This document shows, one piece after another, positions 1 through 11,234 of a DNA stretch of 64,000 nt. The stretch is from assembly GCA_902538255.1 (NCBI GenBank), contig CACBEJ010000002.1:45381-109380 (forward strand), given 5' to 3'. The notes beneath the pieces are model-generated. The model made no database searches. It was not told the DNA's origin and was given only the letters and a program-made list of their open reading frames with translations. Made by a program: the position numbers and the translations under genes. Origin of the DNA: an uncultured Pelagibacteraceae bacterium (GTDB lineage Bacteria; Pseudomonadota; Alphaproteobacteria; Pelagibacterales; Pelagibacteraceae). How positions within the stretch are numbered: position 1 is the first letter of the stretch; the number at the start of each line of letters is the position of its first letter.

Positions 1-1
1 T

Positions 2-289
2 ATAATTTTAGATCCTGGAATTGGATTTGGAAAAAATTTGAAACATAATATGAATCTTATAAGAGGTGTTTCTATTTTTCATTCATTAGGTTTTCCTATA
101 CTAGTAGGGAATTCAAGGAAAAAATTTATTAAAGATATATCAAAAAATAATGATAGCAAAACAAGGATTGGTGGAACTATGGCTTCTTCAATTTATTTAA
201 TGATGCAAGGAATTCAGATTTTAAGAATTCATGATGTTAATGAAGTCATACAAGGTATTAAAGTTTTTAATCAGATAATCAAAAATTAA
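2..289 (+). CDS. folP: Dihydropteroate synthase, 3' part (truncated by window start)
   Basis: Frame open from nt 2: IILDPGIGFGK...LVGNSRKKF...ILRIHDV, the DHPS C-terminal motifs; conserved folP-glmM order. Confidence 0.93.
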   Translation: MILDPGIGFGKNLKHNMNLIRGVSIFHSLGFPILVGNSRKKFIKDISKNNDSKTRIGGTMASSIYLMMQGIQILRIHDVNEVIQGIKVFNQIIKN

Positions 290-1620
290 TGGCAAAAAAA
301 TATTTTGGAACAGATGGAATAAGAGGTACAGTTAACAGCAAATATATAAATGGAGACATGTTCTTCAAATTTGGACTTGCTAGTGGAACATACTTTAAAT
401 CTCAAAAAAAAAAAAAACAAACAGCAATAATTGCAAAAGATACGAGATTGTCTGGATATACACTTGAACCAGCTCTTGTTTCAGGTTTAACTTCAGCTGG
501 TATGCATGTTTATACCCTAGGACCTTTACCAACTAATGGTCTGGCTATGCTAACAAAAGAAATGAAGGCTAATATGGGGATAATGATCACAGCCTCTCAC
601 AATCCACATTTTGACAATGGTTTAAAACTGTTTGGTCCTGATGGAATGAAATTATCAGATAAAATAGAAAAAAAAATTGAGGGACTAATAGATAATAAAA
701 TCTCAAAAAATCTCTCGCATTCTGAAAAATTAGGCAGAGTTAAAAGATTGGAAACAGGCACCAAAAAATATATTAAAATATTAAAAAAAAATTTCACAAA
801 AGATTTCAATTTAAGAGGACTAAGAATTGTGATCGATTGTGCAAATGGCGCTGGTTATAAGGCAGGTCCTGAATTATTAAAATCATTAGGAGCTAAAGTC
901 ATAGCAATAGGTGTTAAACCAAATGGTTTAAATATTAATAAAAAATGTGGTTCAACTTTTCCAAGAAAAATTAGATCTGCTGTTAAGAAATACAAGGCGC
1001 ATATTGGAATATCTTTGGATGGAGATGCTGACAGAATTATAATGTGTGATGAAAAAAGTAATATAATAGATGGAGATCAAATTATAGCTGCTTTAGCAAC
1101 AAGATGGAAAAATAAAAAAATGTTAAAAGGAGGAGTTGTTGGAACATTAATGTCAAATTATGGATTAGAAAAATATTTTAAATCAAAAGGAATAAAATTT
1201 TTAAGGGCAAATGTTGGAGATAGATATGTTAAAGAAAAAATGCAAAAATATAACTTTAATTTAGGTGGTGAACAATCAGGACATATTATTTTAGGTAAAT
1301 TTGCAACCACAGGAGATGGTTTGCTAGTTGCTTTAGAAGCTCTTTTTGCTTTAAGAAAAGGAAAAAAAGCAAGTGAATTTTTTGAACAATTTAAGAAAAC
1401 ACCCCAGCTCTTAGAAAATATCGAAGTAAAAGATAAAAATATTATTAACAAACCGGAGATAAAAAAAATTATCAAAAATGTAGATAATTTAATTAAAGGT
1501 GAAGGAAGAATTTTAGTAAGAAAATCAGGAACAGAGTCTAAAATAAGAGTAATGGGAGAAAGTGAAAATAAAGCTCTTCTATATAAATGTGTGAAAATGA
1601 TTAAGAAAAAAATTAAATAA
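289..1620 (+). CDS. glmM: Phosphoglucosamine mutase
   Basis: KYFGTDGIRG, TASHNP phosphoserine motif, DGDADR metal loop, GGEQSGH. Confidence 0.97.
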   Translation: MAKKYFGTDGIRGTVNSKYINGDMFFKFGLASGTYFKSQKKKKQTAIIAKDTRLSGYTLEPALVSGLTSAGMHVYTLGPLPTNGLAMLTKEMKANMGIMITASHNPHFDNGLKLFGPDGMKLSDKIEKKIEGLIDNKISKNLSHSEKLGRVKRLETGTKKYIKILKKNFTKDFNLRGLRIVIDCANGAGYKAGPELLKSLGAKVIAIGVKPNGLNINKKCGSTFPRKIRSAVKKYKAHIGISLDGDADRIIMCDEKSNIIDGDQIIAALATRWKNKKMLKGGVVGTLMSNYGLEKYFKSKGIKFLRANVGDRYVKEKMQKYNFNLGGEQSGHIILGKFATTGDGLLVALEALFALRKGKKASEFFEQFKKTPQLLENIEVKDKNIINKPEIKKIIKNVDNLIKGEGRILVRKSGTESKIRVMGESENKALLYKCVKMIKKKIK

Positions 1621-1621
1621 A

Positions 1622-2434
1622 TTGAAACCTAAATCTAAAATTTTAATTATTGCAGGATCTGACTCATCTGGTGGAGCAGGTATTCAAGCTGATATAAAAA
1701 CTGTTACTGCTCTAGGCTCTTATGCAATGACAGCAATAACTGCAGTTACATCGCAAAATACCAAAGGTGTAAAATCAATTATTGGGATTAATCCAAAAGA
1801 AATTTTTAATCAAATTATTTATACTTGCAAAGATATAAGACCTGATGCGATAAAAATTGGTATGCTTCATTCTTCAGAGGTTATTAGAATAGTATTAAAA
1901 GCTTTGAATGAAATTAAAGTTAAAAAAATCGTATTAGATCCAGTGATGGTTGCTAAAGGAGGAGCTAAACTTATTGATAGTAAAGCTATTCAATTATTAA
2001 AATTAAAACTAATTAAAAAAGTATCACTTATTACGCCTAATATCCCTGAGGCAGAAATTTTGACTAAAACTAAAATTATAACAAAAGAGGATATGATTTT
2101 TGCTGCCAATAAACTTATAGGGTTAGGAGCAAAAAATGTACTGTTAAAAGGTGGCCATTTAAAACATAAAAATGTAATAGATATTTTAATAAATACAAAA
2201 GATATTAAAATTTTTAAAAGCGAGCGTCACAAAACAAAGAATACTCATGGTACAGGTTGTACTTTATCTAGTTCAATTACAACTTTTCTTTCATGTGGAA
2301 AAACAGTAAAGAAATCTTGTGAGCTTGGAATAAAGTATGTAAATTCAGCAATTAAATCAAATCCGCAATATGGAAAAGGTCATGGCCCAATTAACCATCT
2401 CACTTCCTTAAAAGTAAACAGAAAATTTAAATAA
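1622..2434 (+). CDS. thiD: Hydroxymethylpyrimidine/phosphomethylpyrimidine kinase
   Basis: [39 protein letters not shown]; TTG start. Confidence 0.96.
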   Translation: MKPKSKILIIAGSDSSGGAGIQADIKTVTALGSYAMTAITAVTSQNTKGVKSIIGINPKEIFNQIIYTCKDIRPDAIKIGMLHSSEVIRIVLKALNEIKVKKIVLDPVMVAKGGAKLIDSKAIQLLKLKLIKKVSLITPNIPEAEILTKTKIITKEDMIFAANKLIGLGAKNVLLKGGHLKHKNVIDILINTKDIKIFKSERHKTKNTHGTGCTLSSSITTFLSCGKTVKKSCELGIKYVNSAIKSNPQYGKGHGPINHLTSLKVNRKFK

Positions 2435-3726
2435 TGAAAAATATAGTCGTTGTTGGATCTCAATGGGGTGACGAAGGCAAAGGAAAAATTGTTGATTGGT
2501 TATCTGAACAGGCTGATGTGGTAATAAGATTCCAAGGAGGTCACAATGCTGGCCACACCTTAGTGATTGATGGTGTTACATATAAATTGAGATTACTGCC
2601 ATCTGGCATAGTTAGAGAAGGCAAAATATCAATTATTGGCAACGGAGTTGTTGTAGACCCATGGGCTTTATTAGAGGAAATTGAAGAAATTAAATCTAAA
2701 GGTGTAGAAGTAAATGTAAATAATTTTATTATTTCAGAATCTGCAAATTTGATTTTGCCTTTTCATAGGGAAATGGATGAGATTAGAGAAGATGCAGCAG
2801 GAAAAAGCAAAATAGGAACCACTAGACGTGGAATTGGACCAGCTTATGAAGATAAAGTCGGGAGAAGATCTATAAGAGTTATGGATCTAAGTTCTGAAAA
2901 AAATTTAGATCAAAGACTTGATTCTGTATTAGTTCATCATAATTCAATTAGAAAAGGTCTGGGAAAAAAAATTTTTGAAAAAGATCAGCTTAAATCTGAT
3001 TTGCTTAAAATAGCACCTAAAATATTAGAATTCTCTCAGCCAGTTTGGCACAAGATTGATCAATTTAAAAAACAAAAAAAGAAAATTTTATTTGAAGGAG
3101 CCCAAGGGATTTTACTTGATGTAGATCATGGAACTTATCCTTTTGTAACTTCTTCTAATACAGTTGCTTCAAGTGCAGCGACAGGAACCGGTTGTGGCCC
3201 TAATTCGATAAATTATGTTCTTGGTATTACAAAAGCTTATACAACAAGAGTTGGAGAGGGTCCTTTTCCTACAGAGTTAACAGATGATATCGGTGAACTT
3301 TTAGGAACACGTGGAAAAGAATTTGGAACTGTTACAAGTAGAAAAAGAAGATGTGGGTGGTTTGATGGTGTTTTAGTGAGGCAAACTATTAAAGTTTCGG
3401 GAATTGATGGTATTGCCTTAACAAAATTAGATGTACTTGATGAATTAGATGAAATTAAAATGTGTGTTGCTTATGAACTTGATGGTAAAAGATTAGATTA
3501 TCTACCTGCTGCTGTTGAAGACCAAATAAAAATAAAACCAATTTATAAAACCTTCTCAGGATGGAAGGTTTCTACAAGTGGAGTCAAAAATATGGACTCG
3601 TTACCTGAAAATGCAAAAAAGTATATTTTTGCAGTAGAAGATTTTATTGGTGCAAAAGTATCAAGTATTTCAACTAGTCCAGAAAGAGATGATACTATCT
3701 TAATTGAAAACCCTTTTGAAGTTTAG
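2434..3726 (+). CDS. purA: Adenylosuccinate synthetase
   Basis: [41 protein letters not shown]. Confidence 0.98.
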   Translation: MKNIVVVGSQWGDEGKGKIVDWLSEQADVVIRFQGGHNAGHTLVIDGVTYKLRLLPSGIVREGKISIIGNGVVVDPWALLEEIEEIKSKGVEVNVNNFIISESANLILPFHREMDEIREDAAGKSKIGTTRRGIGPAYEDKVGRRSIRVMDLSSEKNLDQRLDSVLVHHNSIRKGLGKKIFEKDQLKSDLLKIAPKILEFSQPVWHKIDQFKKQKKKILFEGAQGILLDVDHGTYPFVTSSNTVASSAATGTGCGPNSINYVLGITKAYTTRVGEGPFPTELTDDIGELLGTRGKEFGTVTSRKRRCGWFDGVLVRQTIKVSGIDGIALTKLDVLDELDEIKMCVAYELDGKRLDYLPAAVEDQIKIKPIYKTFSGWKVSTSGVKNMDSLPENAKKYIFAVEDFIGAKVSSISTSPERDDTILIENPFEV

Positions 3727-4616
3727 TTTGCGGGCAAAAGATTTTTTGATTTAGCTAATAGAAGCATATGTTTTTGGAGTTTTTCAAATGCCTTATTTTC
3801 AATTTGTCTAACTCTTTCTCTGCTAATTTTATATTTTTTACTTAAATCCTCTAGTGTAGTTGGGACATCATTAAGTCTTCTAGAGTATAAAATTTCTTTT
3901 TCTCTATCGTTAAGAACTTTAATAGAGTCTTTTAATAAATCTTTTCTTTGCTCCATTTCTTCGTGGTGAGCAAATTTTAAATCATGATCAAGTTCTTTAT
4001 CAACCAGCCAGTCTTGCCATTCATCGCCATCTTCTCCAACTTGGGCATTTAGAGAGAATTCCTTTCCAGAAAGTCTTCTATTCATTGAAACGACTTCTTC
4101 TTTACTTACATCAAGCTTATTAGCGATATGATCAACATGTTCATCTCTTAAGTCTCCTTCAGTCTCTGGAGAAATTTGATTTTTAATTTTTTTTAAATTA
4201 AAAAATAATTTTTTTTGAGCAGTAGTAGTTCCAATTTTTACAAGGCTCCAAGATCTTAAAATATATTCTTGGATAGAAGCCTTAATCCACCACATTGCAT
4301 AAGTTGCCAATCTAAAACCCTTTTCTGGTTCAAATTTCTTAACAGCTTGCATGAGACCTACATTTCCTTCAGAAATCATTTCATTAATAGGCAAACCATA
4401 TCCTTTGTAGCCCATAGCAATCTTTGCAACTAATCTTAAGTGACTAGTTACTAGTTTTTCTGCAGCTTTTATATCCCCAGTTGTTTTCCAATTTTTTGCT
4501 AGCATATATTCCTCTTCTGCAGCTAACATTGGAAATTTTTTAATCTGCTCTAAATATGCAGATAGCCCACCTTCATTAGAAAGGGTTGGCAGATTATTAC
4601 TTATTGTTGCGCTCAT
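3723..4616 (-). CDS. rpoH: RNA polymerase sigma-32 factor
   Basis: Sigma70 regions 2 and 4 plus RpoH box QKKLFFNL; [10 protein letters not shown]. Confidence 0.96.
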   Translation of the reverse strand: MSATISNNLPTLSNEGGLSAYLEQIKKFPMLAAEEEYMLAKNWKTTGDIKAAEKLVTSHLRLVAKIAMGYKGYGLPINEMISEGNVGLMQAVKKFEPEKGFRLATYAMWWIKASIQEYILRSWSLVKIGTTTAQKKLFFNLKKIKNQISPETEGDLRDEHVDHIANKLDVSKEEVVSMNRRLSGKEFSLNAQVGEDGDEWQDWLVDKELDHDLKFAHHEEMEQRKDLLKDSIKVLNDREKEILYSRRLNDVPTTLEDLSKKYKISRERVRQIENKAFEKLQKHMLLLAKSKNLLPAN

Positions 4617-4657
4617 AGAAATGTTTATTTAATTAATTATACCTAATTTTCAATAAT

Positions 4658-5638
4658 TTATTCTTCAGTATTTCTAAGCATTTTTAGAATATTATTTAGA
4701 TCTTGTGGCAAAAGTGAGGAAAAAACCATCTCTTTCTTAGTTTGTGGATGCATAAATCCTAAAGTTTTTGCATGCAGAAATTGTCTATTTAATTTAGTAA
4801 TTGAATTTTGGATATCTAAATCAATATTTTTTAACTTTTTATATTTTTTTTTATATTTATCATCTCCAACTAGACTATTACCTTTATAATTCATATGAAC
4901 TCTTATCTGATGTGTTCTTCCTGTTTCTAATTTACATTCAACTAAACTTAAGGTTGGTATTTTCTGATTTTCAAAAATTTCAAGTGTTTTATAATTTGTT
5001 ATAGCTTTCTTACCTTTAGAACTACTAACTTCCATAAGTTGTCTATTTTTTGAACTACGAGTTATAAATGTTTCAATTCTTCCTGAGGAGGGTCTTAATT
5101 TTCCCCATATTAAAAGTTGGTACTCTCTTATAATTGTATGATCACTAAATTGTTTTGATAAATTTTCATGAGTTTCATTGTTTTTTGCAATTACAACTAA
5201 ACCAGATGTGTTTTTATCAATTCTATGAACAATACCAGGTCTTAACTCGTCACCTATATTTGATAAAGAATCCTTATCATAATGCATCAATGCATTAACA
5301 ATTGTCTTATCATAATTTCCAGCTCCTGGATGCATGATTATTCCGGCAGGTTTATTAATTACTAATAGATCATCATCTTCGTATATTATTTCTAATTTAA
5401 ATTCGTAAGGTTTAAGGGATGCTATTTCAGGCTCTGGAATCTTAAGATTTATAGTATCACCAATTGAGACTTTTTTTGACGGACTTTTAATTATTTCATT
5501 ATTTAGTGTTAACTTTTCTTTTAAAATTAAATTTTTAATCCTAGTTCTACTAATTAATTCCTCTCTTTTGTTTATTAAAACATCAACTCTTAAATTCTTC
5601 TCATCCTCTTTGACTATAAAATTAATGTTTTTTTCCAT
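4658..5638 (-). CDS. rluD: 23S rRNA pseudouridine synthase, RluA/RluD family with S4 domain
   Basis: INKPAG, RPGIVHRIDKNTSG, LETGRTHQIRVH, QFLHA; rluD-rpoH adjacency typical of alphaproteobacteria. Confidence 0.9.
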   Translation of the reverse strand: MEKNINFIVKEDEKNLRVDVLINKREELISRTRIKNLILKEKLTLNNEIIKSPSKKVSIGDTINLKIPEPEIASLKPYEFKLEIIYEDDDLLVINKPAGIIMHPGAGNYDKTIVNALMHYDKDSLSNIGDELRPGIVHRIDKNTSGLVVIAKNNETHENLSKQFSDHTIIREYQLLIWGKLRPSSGRIETFITRSSKNRQLMEVSSSKGKKAITNYKTLEIFENQKIPTLSLVECKLETGRTHQIRVHMNYKGNSLVGDDKYKKKYKKLKNIDLDIQNSITKLNRQFLHAKTLGFMHPQTKKEMVFSSLLPQDLNNILKMLRNTEE

Positions 5639-5661
5639 AAAATATAATATTAATACTATAT

Positions 5662-5738
5662 GCGCTTGTAGCTCAACTGGATAGAGCGCCTGACTTCGGA
5701 TCAGGAGGTTCTGGGTTCGACTCCTAGCAGGCGCACCA
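5662..5738 (+). tRNA. tRNA-Arg, anticodon UCG
   Basis: Cloverleaf: acceptor GCGCTTG/CAGGCGC, D-arm GCTC/GAGC, anticodon arm CCTGA-CTTCGGA-TCAGG, T-arm CTGGG-TTCGACT-CCTAG, encoded CCA. Confidence 0.96.
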
Positions 5739-5740
5739 AT

Positions 5741-6532
5741 TTATTCTCCCATGTTTATCAAAGTTCCTTTTTCTCTTGCTTTATCGAAAGAGTAATAAAA
5801 TACGGATATTGATAAAATTAAATAAAACCCGTTAAGATAGACTGCATTTATTATATTTTCATAATTGACTGTTCCATTAACTAAAATATTTCTGGTCTCC
5901 TCAAAAATATATACTAATGGCAATGCGAAAGCGATTGATTGGAATATTTCTGGTAATATTTCAACTGGGTAGTATATACAGCCAAAAGGTGCTAACAAAA
6001 ACATTGTTGACCATGCAATATTTTCAAAAGATGGACCAAATCTTAGCAATCCTGCTGACACAAGTAGACCAAGCGTAATTCCAAATAAATATAAACTTAA
6101 GAAAAGAAAAGCCAAAGTAAGACCAAGTTTTAACAATGAAATTCCAAACAATGGAGAAGTTAACAATATTGCTGGTATTAAACCAATTAAAGCTCTAATT
6201 AAAGCTGTTAAAACTAAAGAGATAATTATCTCACTAATTTTCATTGGAGCGATAAATAGATTTGTAAAATTTCTACTCCAAATTTCCTCTAAAAATAACA
6301 TATTAAAACCAATACTAGTTCTGAATAAAAAATCATAAAGAATTGCACATGAAAGAATAACTCCTACTGCACCACTATAATAAGTACTGTGTGCTGCAAA
6401 AAAATTAGAAATAAATCCCCAAAGAGTAATTTGAATTGAAGGCCAATAAATTAAATCTAATATTCTTGGAAAAGATCTGGTTATTAAATAAAAGTGTCTT
6501 AAAAAAAGACCATAAATTCTAATTAAATTCAT
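5741..6532 (-). CDS. ABC-2 type exporter permease
   Basis: About six hydrophobic segments, YYPVEILP...ALPLVY ABC-2 motif; next to an ABC ATPase. Confidence 0.85.
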   Translation of the reverse strand: MNLIRIYGLFLRHFYLITRSFPRILDLIYWPSIQITLWGFISNFFAAHSTYYSGAVGVILSCAILYDFLFRTSIGFNMLFLEEIWSRNFTNLFIAPMKISEIIISLVLTALIRALIGLIPAILLTSPLFGISLLKLGLTLAFLFLSLYLFGITLGLLVSAGLLRFGPSFENIAWSTMFLLAPFGCIYYPVEILPEIFQSIAFALPLVYIFEETRNILVNGTVNYENIINAVYLNGFYLILSISVFYYSFDKAREKGTLINMGE

Positions 6533-6535
6533 TTT

Positions 6536-7258
6536 TTATTTTCTCACAATTTCTAAAAATACTTCTTCTAGATTTTTTCTTCCATATTTTATAATTAACT
6601 CTTCAGGAGTTCCTCTATCTACTATTAAACCATCTTTCATCATTAGAACAGAACTGCATAATCTTTTCACTTCTTCCATATTATGTGAGGCAAGTAAAAC
6701 TGATATTTTTTTTTCCTTCTTATAATCTTCCAAAAAAGATCTTATAAAATCTCCTGTTTCAGGGTCTAATGAAGCAGTAGGCTCATCCAACAAAAGTACT
6801 GTGGGGTCATTTATTAAAGCTTTAGCAAGGCTTACCCTATTTTTTTGTCCAGAAGATAGTTCTCCAGTAATTTTGTTTAAAAGCTCTGTTAACCTAAGTT
6901 TATTCGCAAGGTGATCTATTCGATCATTTAAATTTTGAATGTTATATAATTTTCCATAGACAATTAAATTTTGTTTAACCTTAAGTTTTTTGGGTAATTC
7001 GATATAAGGTGAAATAAAATTCATTTTATGGAGAAGCGAAATTTTATTTTTTTCAATATTTTCTCCGTTGATTAAAACCTCACCACTACTTGGTTTTAAC
7101 AATCCTAAAATCATTCCAATAGTTGTAGTTTTTCCACACCCATTAGGTCCCAATAAACCAACTATTTCATTTTGATTAATTTTAAAATTTATATTAGTTA
7201 CTGCCTCTTTATCGTTATATTTTTTTGATAGATTGATTACTTCAATAGAATTTGTCAT
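6536..7258 (-). CDS. ABC transporter ATP-binding protein (ABC-2 exporter type)
   Basis: Walker A GPNGCGKTT, LSSGQ signature, LLLDEPT, SHNMEE. Confidence 0.92.
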   Translation of the reverse strand: MTNSIEVINLSKKYNDKEAVTNINFKINQNEIVGLLGPNGCGKTTTIGMILGLLKPSSGEVLINGENIEKNKISLLHKMNFISPYIELPKKLKVKQNLIVYGKLYNIQNLNDRIDHLANKLRLTELLNKITGELSSGQKNRVSLAKALINDPTVLLLDEPTASLDPETGDFIRSFLEDYKKEKKISVLLASHNMEEVKRLCSSVLMMKDGLIVDRGTPEELIIKYGRKNLEEVFLEIVRK

Positions 7259-8190
7259 TAATATTTAGAGGCCCTCCTTAATCTATCATTAATTGTTTTG
7301 CCAAGACCTTTGTTTGGTATCGTTTCAACTGCAATCTTTTTAAAACCATCGTTTTTAATTTTTCTTAAAGTTGAATATAAATTCTTTGCAGCCTCCTTTA
7401 TATTTTTTACTTTGGATAAATAATAATAATTTTTTAATTTTGATTTTCTTTTTTTTATTAATAAATAAGCCTCGTCTTTTTTTGGTTTTTTAACATTGAC
7501 TCTTAAAGGTATTCCAGGTGAGTAGTGTAGCGGAAATAAACCAGGTGATAATTTTTTTTTTATATTTATGTTAATTAATAATTTTTTTTTTAAAACATTT
7601 TCAATTTTTTTAGTATCTATGCCCCCATATCTTAAAAGTGATGGTTTTTCTAAAAGATTTAATATTGTGGACTCAAGTCCAATTTTACTTTTTCCTCCAT
7701 TTAAAATATATTTAATTTTTGAACCAAATTCTTCTTTTACATCGGATGGTTTAACTGAGCTTAATCTTGATGATATATTCGCACTAGGCGCAGCTAATGG
7801 ATAATCTAAATTTTTTAATAAATTTCTAATCAATTTATGATTAGGAAAACGAACAGCAATACTTTTTTTTTTATTGGTGACAAATTTTGATATTTTTGAG
7901 TTATTTTTTAATTTCAAAACATAAGTTATTGGGCCTGGAGAAAATTTTTTGTAAAGTTTTACTAAATTATCATTAATATCACAGTCCTCCATAAGTCTTT
8001 CGAGATCATAATAATGGACAATAAGTGGATTGTTTAATGGTCTTTTTTTAAGACTAAATATTTTCTTAACAGCACTATTTGAGTATGCGTTTGCAGCCAG
8101 CCCATAAACAGTTTCTGTTGGTACTGCAACACAATGATTATTATCTAAATATTTTTTTGCTTTTTTGATATTTGATTGAATAAATTTCAT
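7258..8190 (-). CDS. sua5: L-threonylcarbamoyladenylate synthase, Sua5 type (YrdC domain plus C-terminal Sua5 domain)
   Basis: PTETVYGL, KKRPLNNPLIVH, AAPSAN, GLEST, SPG..HYSP linker, INDRLRRA. Confidence 0.93.
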   Translation of the reverse strand: MKFIQSNIKKAKKYLDNNHCVAVPTETVYGLAANAYSNSAVKKIFSLKKRPLNNPLIVHYYDLERLMEDCDINDNLVKLYKKFSPGPITYVLKLKNNSKISKFVTNKKKSIAVRFPNHKLIRNLLKNLDYPLAAPSANISSRLSSVKPSDVKEEFGSKIKYILNGGKSKIGLESTILNLLEKPSLLRYGGIDTKKIENVLKKKLLININIKKKLSPGLFPLHYSPGIPLRVNVKKPKKDEAYLLIKKRKSKLKNYYYLSKVKNIKEAAKNLYSTLRKIKNDGFKKIAVETIPNKGLGKTINDRLRRASKY

Positions 8191-8210
8191 GTATTAATAA
8201 TTATTATTAT

Positions 8211-8459
8211 ATGAAAGATAAAATATTACCACTTGATTATGATCAGTACTCAGTTGAGGAGCTTACAGAAAAAGCAAATAAGATTATAGAGTCTCTAGAG
8301 AAAGAAGAGGATTTAAACAATTCAGTTGACAGTTATCAAGAACTTCTAAAATTAAATAATATTATTGAAAAGAAATTTCATAAAAATTTTAAATCTATTG
8401 GAGAAGAGACGAATAAAAAGATTAGAGAGATAACTAAAAAAAATGAAAAAACAGCTTAA
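8211..8459 (+). CDS. xseB: Exodeoxyribonuclease VII small subunit (divergent)
   Basis: 82-aa helical protein with IIESLE...LNNSVDSYQE pattern, first gene of the conserved xseB-ispA-dxs cluster. Confidence 0.75.
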   Translation: MKDKILPLDYDQYSVEELTEKANKIIESLEKEEDLNNSVDSYQELLKLNNIIEKKFHKNFKSIGEETNKKIREITKKNEKTA

Positions 8460-9315
8460 TAAAATAGCCAAAGATACAAATATATTTCTTAAAAAATATA
8501 TTAATTCACAGAAATATTCTCAGTTAATGTTACCCATGAAGTATGGTTTATTTCCAGGTGGAAAAAAAATAAGATCTAAAATCTTAATTGACTTAGGGTC
8601 ATTATTTTCAATTGATTATAAAACATTGATAATAGTTGGGTCAGCTGTTGAATGTATTCATGCTTATTCACTTATTCATGACGATCTCCCTTGCATGGAT
8701 GATGATGACATAAGAAGAGGGAAGCCTTCAACTCATATTAAATTTGGTGAGTCTACAGCAGTTCTAGCGGGAAATTCATTACTAACTTTAGCTTTTGAAA
8801 TTTTATCAAGTCCTAAATTGAAATTAAATGAAAAGATAAAAATTAACTTAATCAAAAAATTATCAGAATTTTCAGGTCATTTAGGAATAGCTGGTGGTCA
8901 ATATTTAGATTTGAGCTATGAGAAAAAGAAAATATCAAGGAATAAAATTTTAGAAATGGAAATAAAGAAAACAGGAATGTTGTTTAGTTTTTGTTGTGCG
9001 GCTCCAGCAATAATTAAGAAAAAAACAATCCAAGAAATTAAATTTTTTGAAAATATTGGATCAAAAATTGGTCTTTTATTCCAAATAGCTGACGATTTAA
9101 TTGATTTGAAAAGCAAATCCAAGGAGGCCGGAAAAAAAACAGGAAAAGATCAAAAAAAAGGTAAGGCAACACTTATAAATTTAATAGGCTATGATGACTC
9201 AATTAAGTATTGTGATAAGATAATAAAAGATATTAATAAGAATTTAAGAAAATACGGTTCAAAATCTGAAAAAATAAATGAAACATTGGACTATATATTG
9301 AATAGAAAAAAATGA
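8443..9315 (+). CDS. ispA: Farnesyl diphosphate synthase (polyprenyl synthetase)
   Basis: [42 protein letters not shown]. Confidence 0.95.
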   Translation: MKKQLNKIAKDTNIFLKKYINSQKYSQLMLPMKYGLFPGGKKIRSKILIDLGSLFSIDYKTLIIVGSAVECIHAYSLIHDDLPCMDDDDIRRGKPSTHIKFGESTAVLAGNSLLTLAFEILSSPKLKLNEKIKINLIKKLSEFSGHLGIAGGQYLDLSYEKKKISRNKILEMEIKKTGMLFSFCCAAPAIIKKKTIQEIKFFENIGSKIGLLFQIADDLIDLKSKSKEAGKKTGKDQKKGKATLINLIGYDDSIKYCDKIIKDINKNLRKYGSKSEKINETLDYILNRKK

Positions 9316-11228
9316 AAAAAAATTATCAATTTTTAAATGATATCAACTTTCCATCTGATTTAAGAAAGGTTTCTGAAGATAGTTTACAAAAAGTAGCAGA
9401 TGAGGTGAGAGAGGAAATGATAAGTGCTGTTTCAGAAACAGGCGGTCACCTTGGTGCTGGTTTGGGAGTGGTTGAATTGACAGTTGCACTTCATTATGTT
9501 TTTGACACACCAAATGATAAATTAATATGGGATGTTGGTCATCAATCTTACCCTCATAAAATTTTAACTGGAAGAAAAGATAAGATTAGAACATTACGAC
9601 AAGGTGATGGTTTATCAGGTTTTACAAAAAGATCTGAAAGTGAGTATGACCCATTTGGAGCAGCCCATAGTTCAACATCTATTTCATCAGCATTAGGAAT
9701 TGCTGAAGCAAATAAATTAGAAAATAAGTCTTCCAATGTAATAGCCGTCATAGGCGATGGAGCAATTAGTGCAGGTATGGCTTACGAAGCCATGAATAAT
9801 GCTGGAGCATCTAAGACAAAAATGATTGTTATTTTAAATGATAACGACATGTCAATTGCAAAACCAGTTGGAGCAATGAGAACTTACTTGGCAAAATTAT
9901 TTACGGGTAAAATATATTTTAGTCTAAGGGAAACTTTAAAATTAATTACATCTGCATTTTCAAAAAGATTTAGTGCCAAAGCAGGAAAAGCAGAGGATTT
10001 TTTTCGTTCAGCAGTTACTGGAGGTACATTGTTTAGTTCACTTGGTTTTTATTATGCTGGTCCTATAGATGGTCATGATTTATCAAGCCTAGTTCCAATT
10101 TTAAAAAATGCAAAAGAATCAAGACATGAGGGTCCAATAATGATTCATATCAAAACCCAAAAAGGAAAAGGTTATTCTTATGCAGAAAAAGCAAATGATC
10201 ATTATCATGGAGTGTCAAAATTTAATGTTGAGACTGGCGAACAAGTAAAGAGTAAATCAAATCTTCCAGCTTATACAAAAGTATTTGCAAACACGTTAAT
10301 TAAACATGCTAAAAAAGATAGCAAAATAGTAGGAATAACAGCAGCGATGCCAGGAGGGACTGGCATGGATATTTTTGGCAAGGAGTTTCCAACTAGAATG
10401 TTTGATGTAGGAATTGCAGAACAACATGCCGTGACTTTTGCAGCCGGTCTAGCAACCGAAGGATACAAACCATATGCTGCAATTTATTCTACATTTTTAC
10501 AGAGAGCATATGATCAAGTTGTTCACGATGTTGCAATCCAAAGTTTGCCAGTTAGATTTGCGATAGATAGAGCAGGATTAGTTGGTGCTGATGGATCAAC
10601 ACATGCTGGTTCATTTGATATAACTTACCTATCAACTTTGCCTAACTTTGTAGTAATGGCAGCAAGCGACGAAGCTGAACTAGTTAAAATGATAAATACT
10701 TCAATAGATATAAATGACAGACCTTCTGCAATCAGATATCCAAGAGGAACTGGAGTAGGTGTTGATCTCCCATCAATAGATGAAAAAATTGAAATTGGCA
10801 AAGGTAGAGTCGTTCAACAAGGGACACAAGTTTGTATATTAAACCTTGGAACTCGACTTGAAGAGTGTAAGTTAGCTGTAGAAGAATTAAAAGCAAAAGG
10901 AGTTTCAACAACTTTGATAGATGCCAGATTTGCTAAGCCTTTAGACGAAGAACTTATACTAAAATCTGCTAAGGAACATGAGCTTATGATAACTGTTGAA
11001 GAAGGATCAATAGGTGGTTTCGGTTCTCATGTTAAAAATTTATTAGCTGAAAGAGGAGTATTTGACAAAGGTTTAAAATTTAGATCAATGACTTTACCAG
11101 ATGAATTTATTGAACAAGATGATCCCAAAAAAATGTACGATAAAGCTGGATTAAATAGTTCTCAAATTTCTAAGAAAATTGCTGATATTTTGTTTCAAAA
11201 GGAGACAATAAGAGTTGTGAAAAATTAA
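9312..11228 (+). CDS. dxs: 1-deoxy-D-xylulose-5-phosphate synthase
   Basis: [29 protein letters not shown]...[28 protein letters not shown]. Confidence 0.98.
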   Translation: MKKNYQFLNDINFPSDLRKVSEDSLQKVADEVREEMISAVSETGGHLGAGLGVVELTVALHYVFDTPNDKLIWDVGHQSYPHKILTGRKDKIRTLRQGDGLSGFTKRSESEYDPFGAAHSSTSISSALGIAEANKLENKSSNVIAVIGDGAISAGMAYEAMNNAGASKTKMIVILNDNDMSIAKPVGAMRTYLAKLFTGKIYFSLRETLKLITSAFSKRFSAKAGKAEDFFRSAVTGGTLFSSLGFYYAGPIDGHDLSSLVPILKNAKESRHEGPIMIHIKTQKGKGYSYAEKANDHYHGVSKFNVETGEQVKSKSNLPAYTKVFANTLIKHAKKDSKIVGITAAMPGGTGMDIFGKEFPTRMFDVGIAEQHAVTFAAGLATEGYKPYAAIYSTFLQRAYDQVVHDVAIQSLPVRFAIDRAGLVGADGSTHAGSFDITYLSTLPNFVVMAASDEAELVKMINTSIDINDRPSAIRYPRGTGVGVDLPSIDEKIEIGKGRVVQQGTQVCILNLGTRLEECKLAVEELKAKGVSTTLIDARFAKPLDEELILKSAKEHELMITVEEGSIGGFGSHVKNLLAERGVFDKGLKFRSMTLPDEFIEQDDPKKMYDKAGLNSSQISKKIADILFQKETIRVVKN

Positions 11229-11234
11229 TTTAAA

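Noticed and set aside
1600-1640. TPP riboswitch upstream of thiD
   Set aside because: Only 1 nt separates glmM and thiD, and no TPP aptamer core is present.
5700-8200. Genomic island integrated at tRNA-Arg
   Set aside because: I saw no repeat of the tRNA 3' end and no integrase; the downstream genes are coupled to the core gene sua5.
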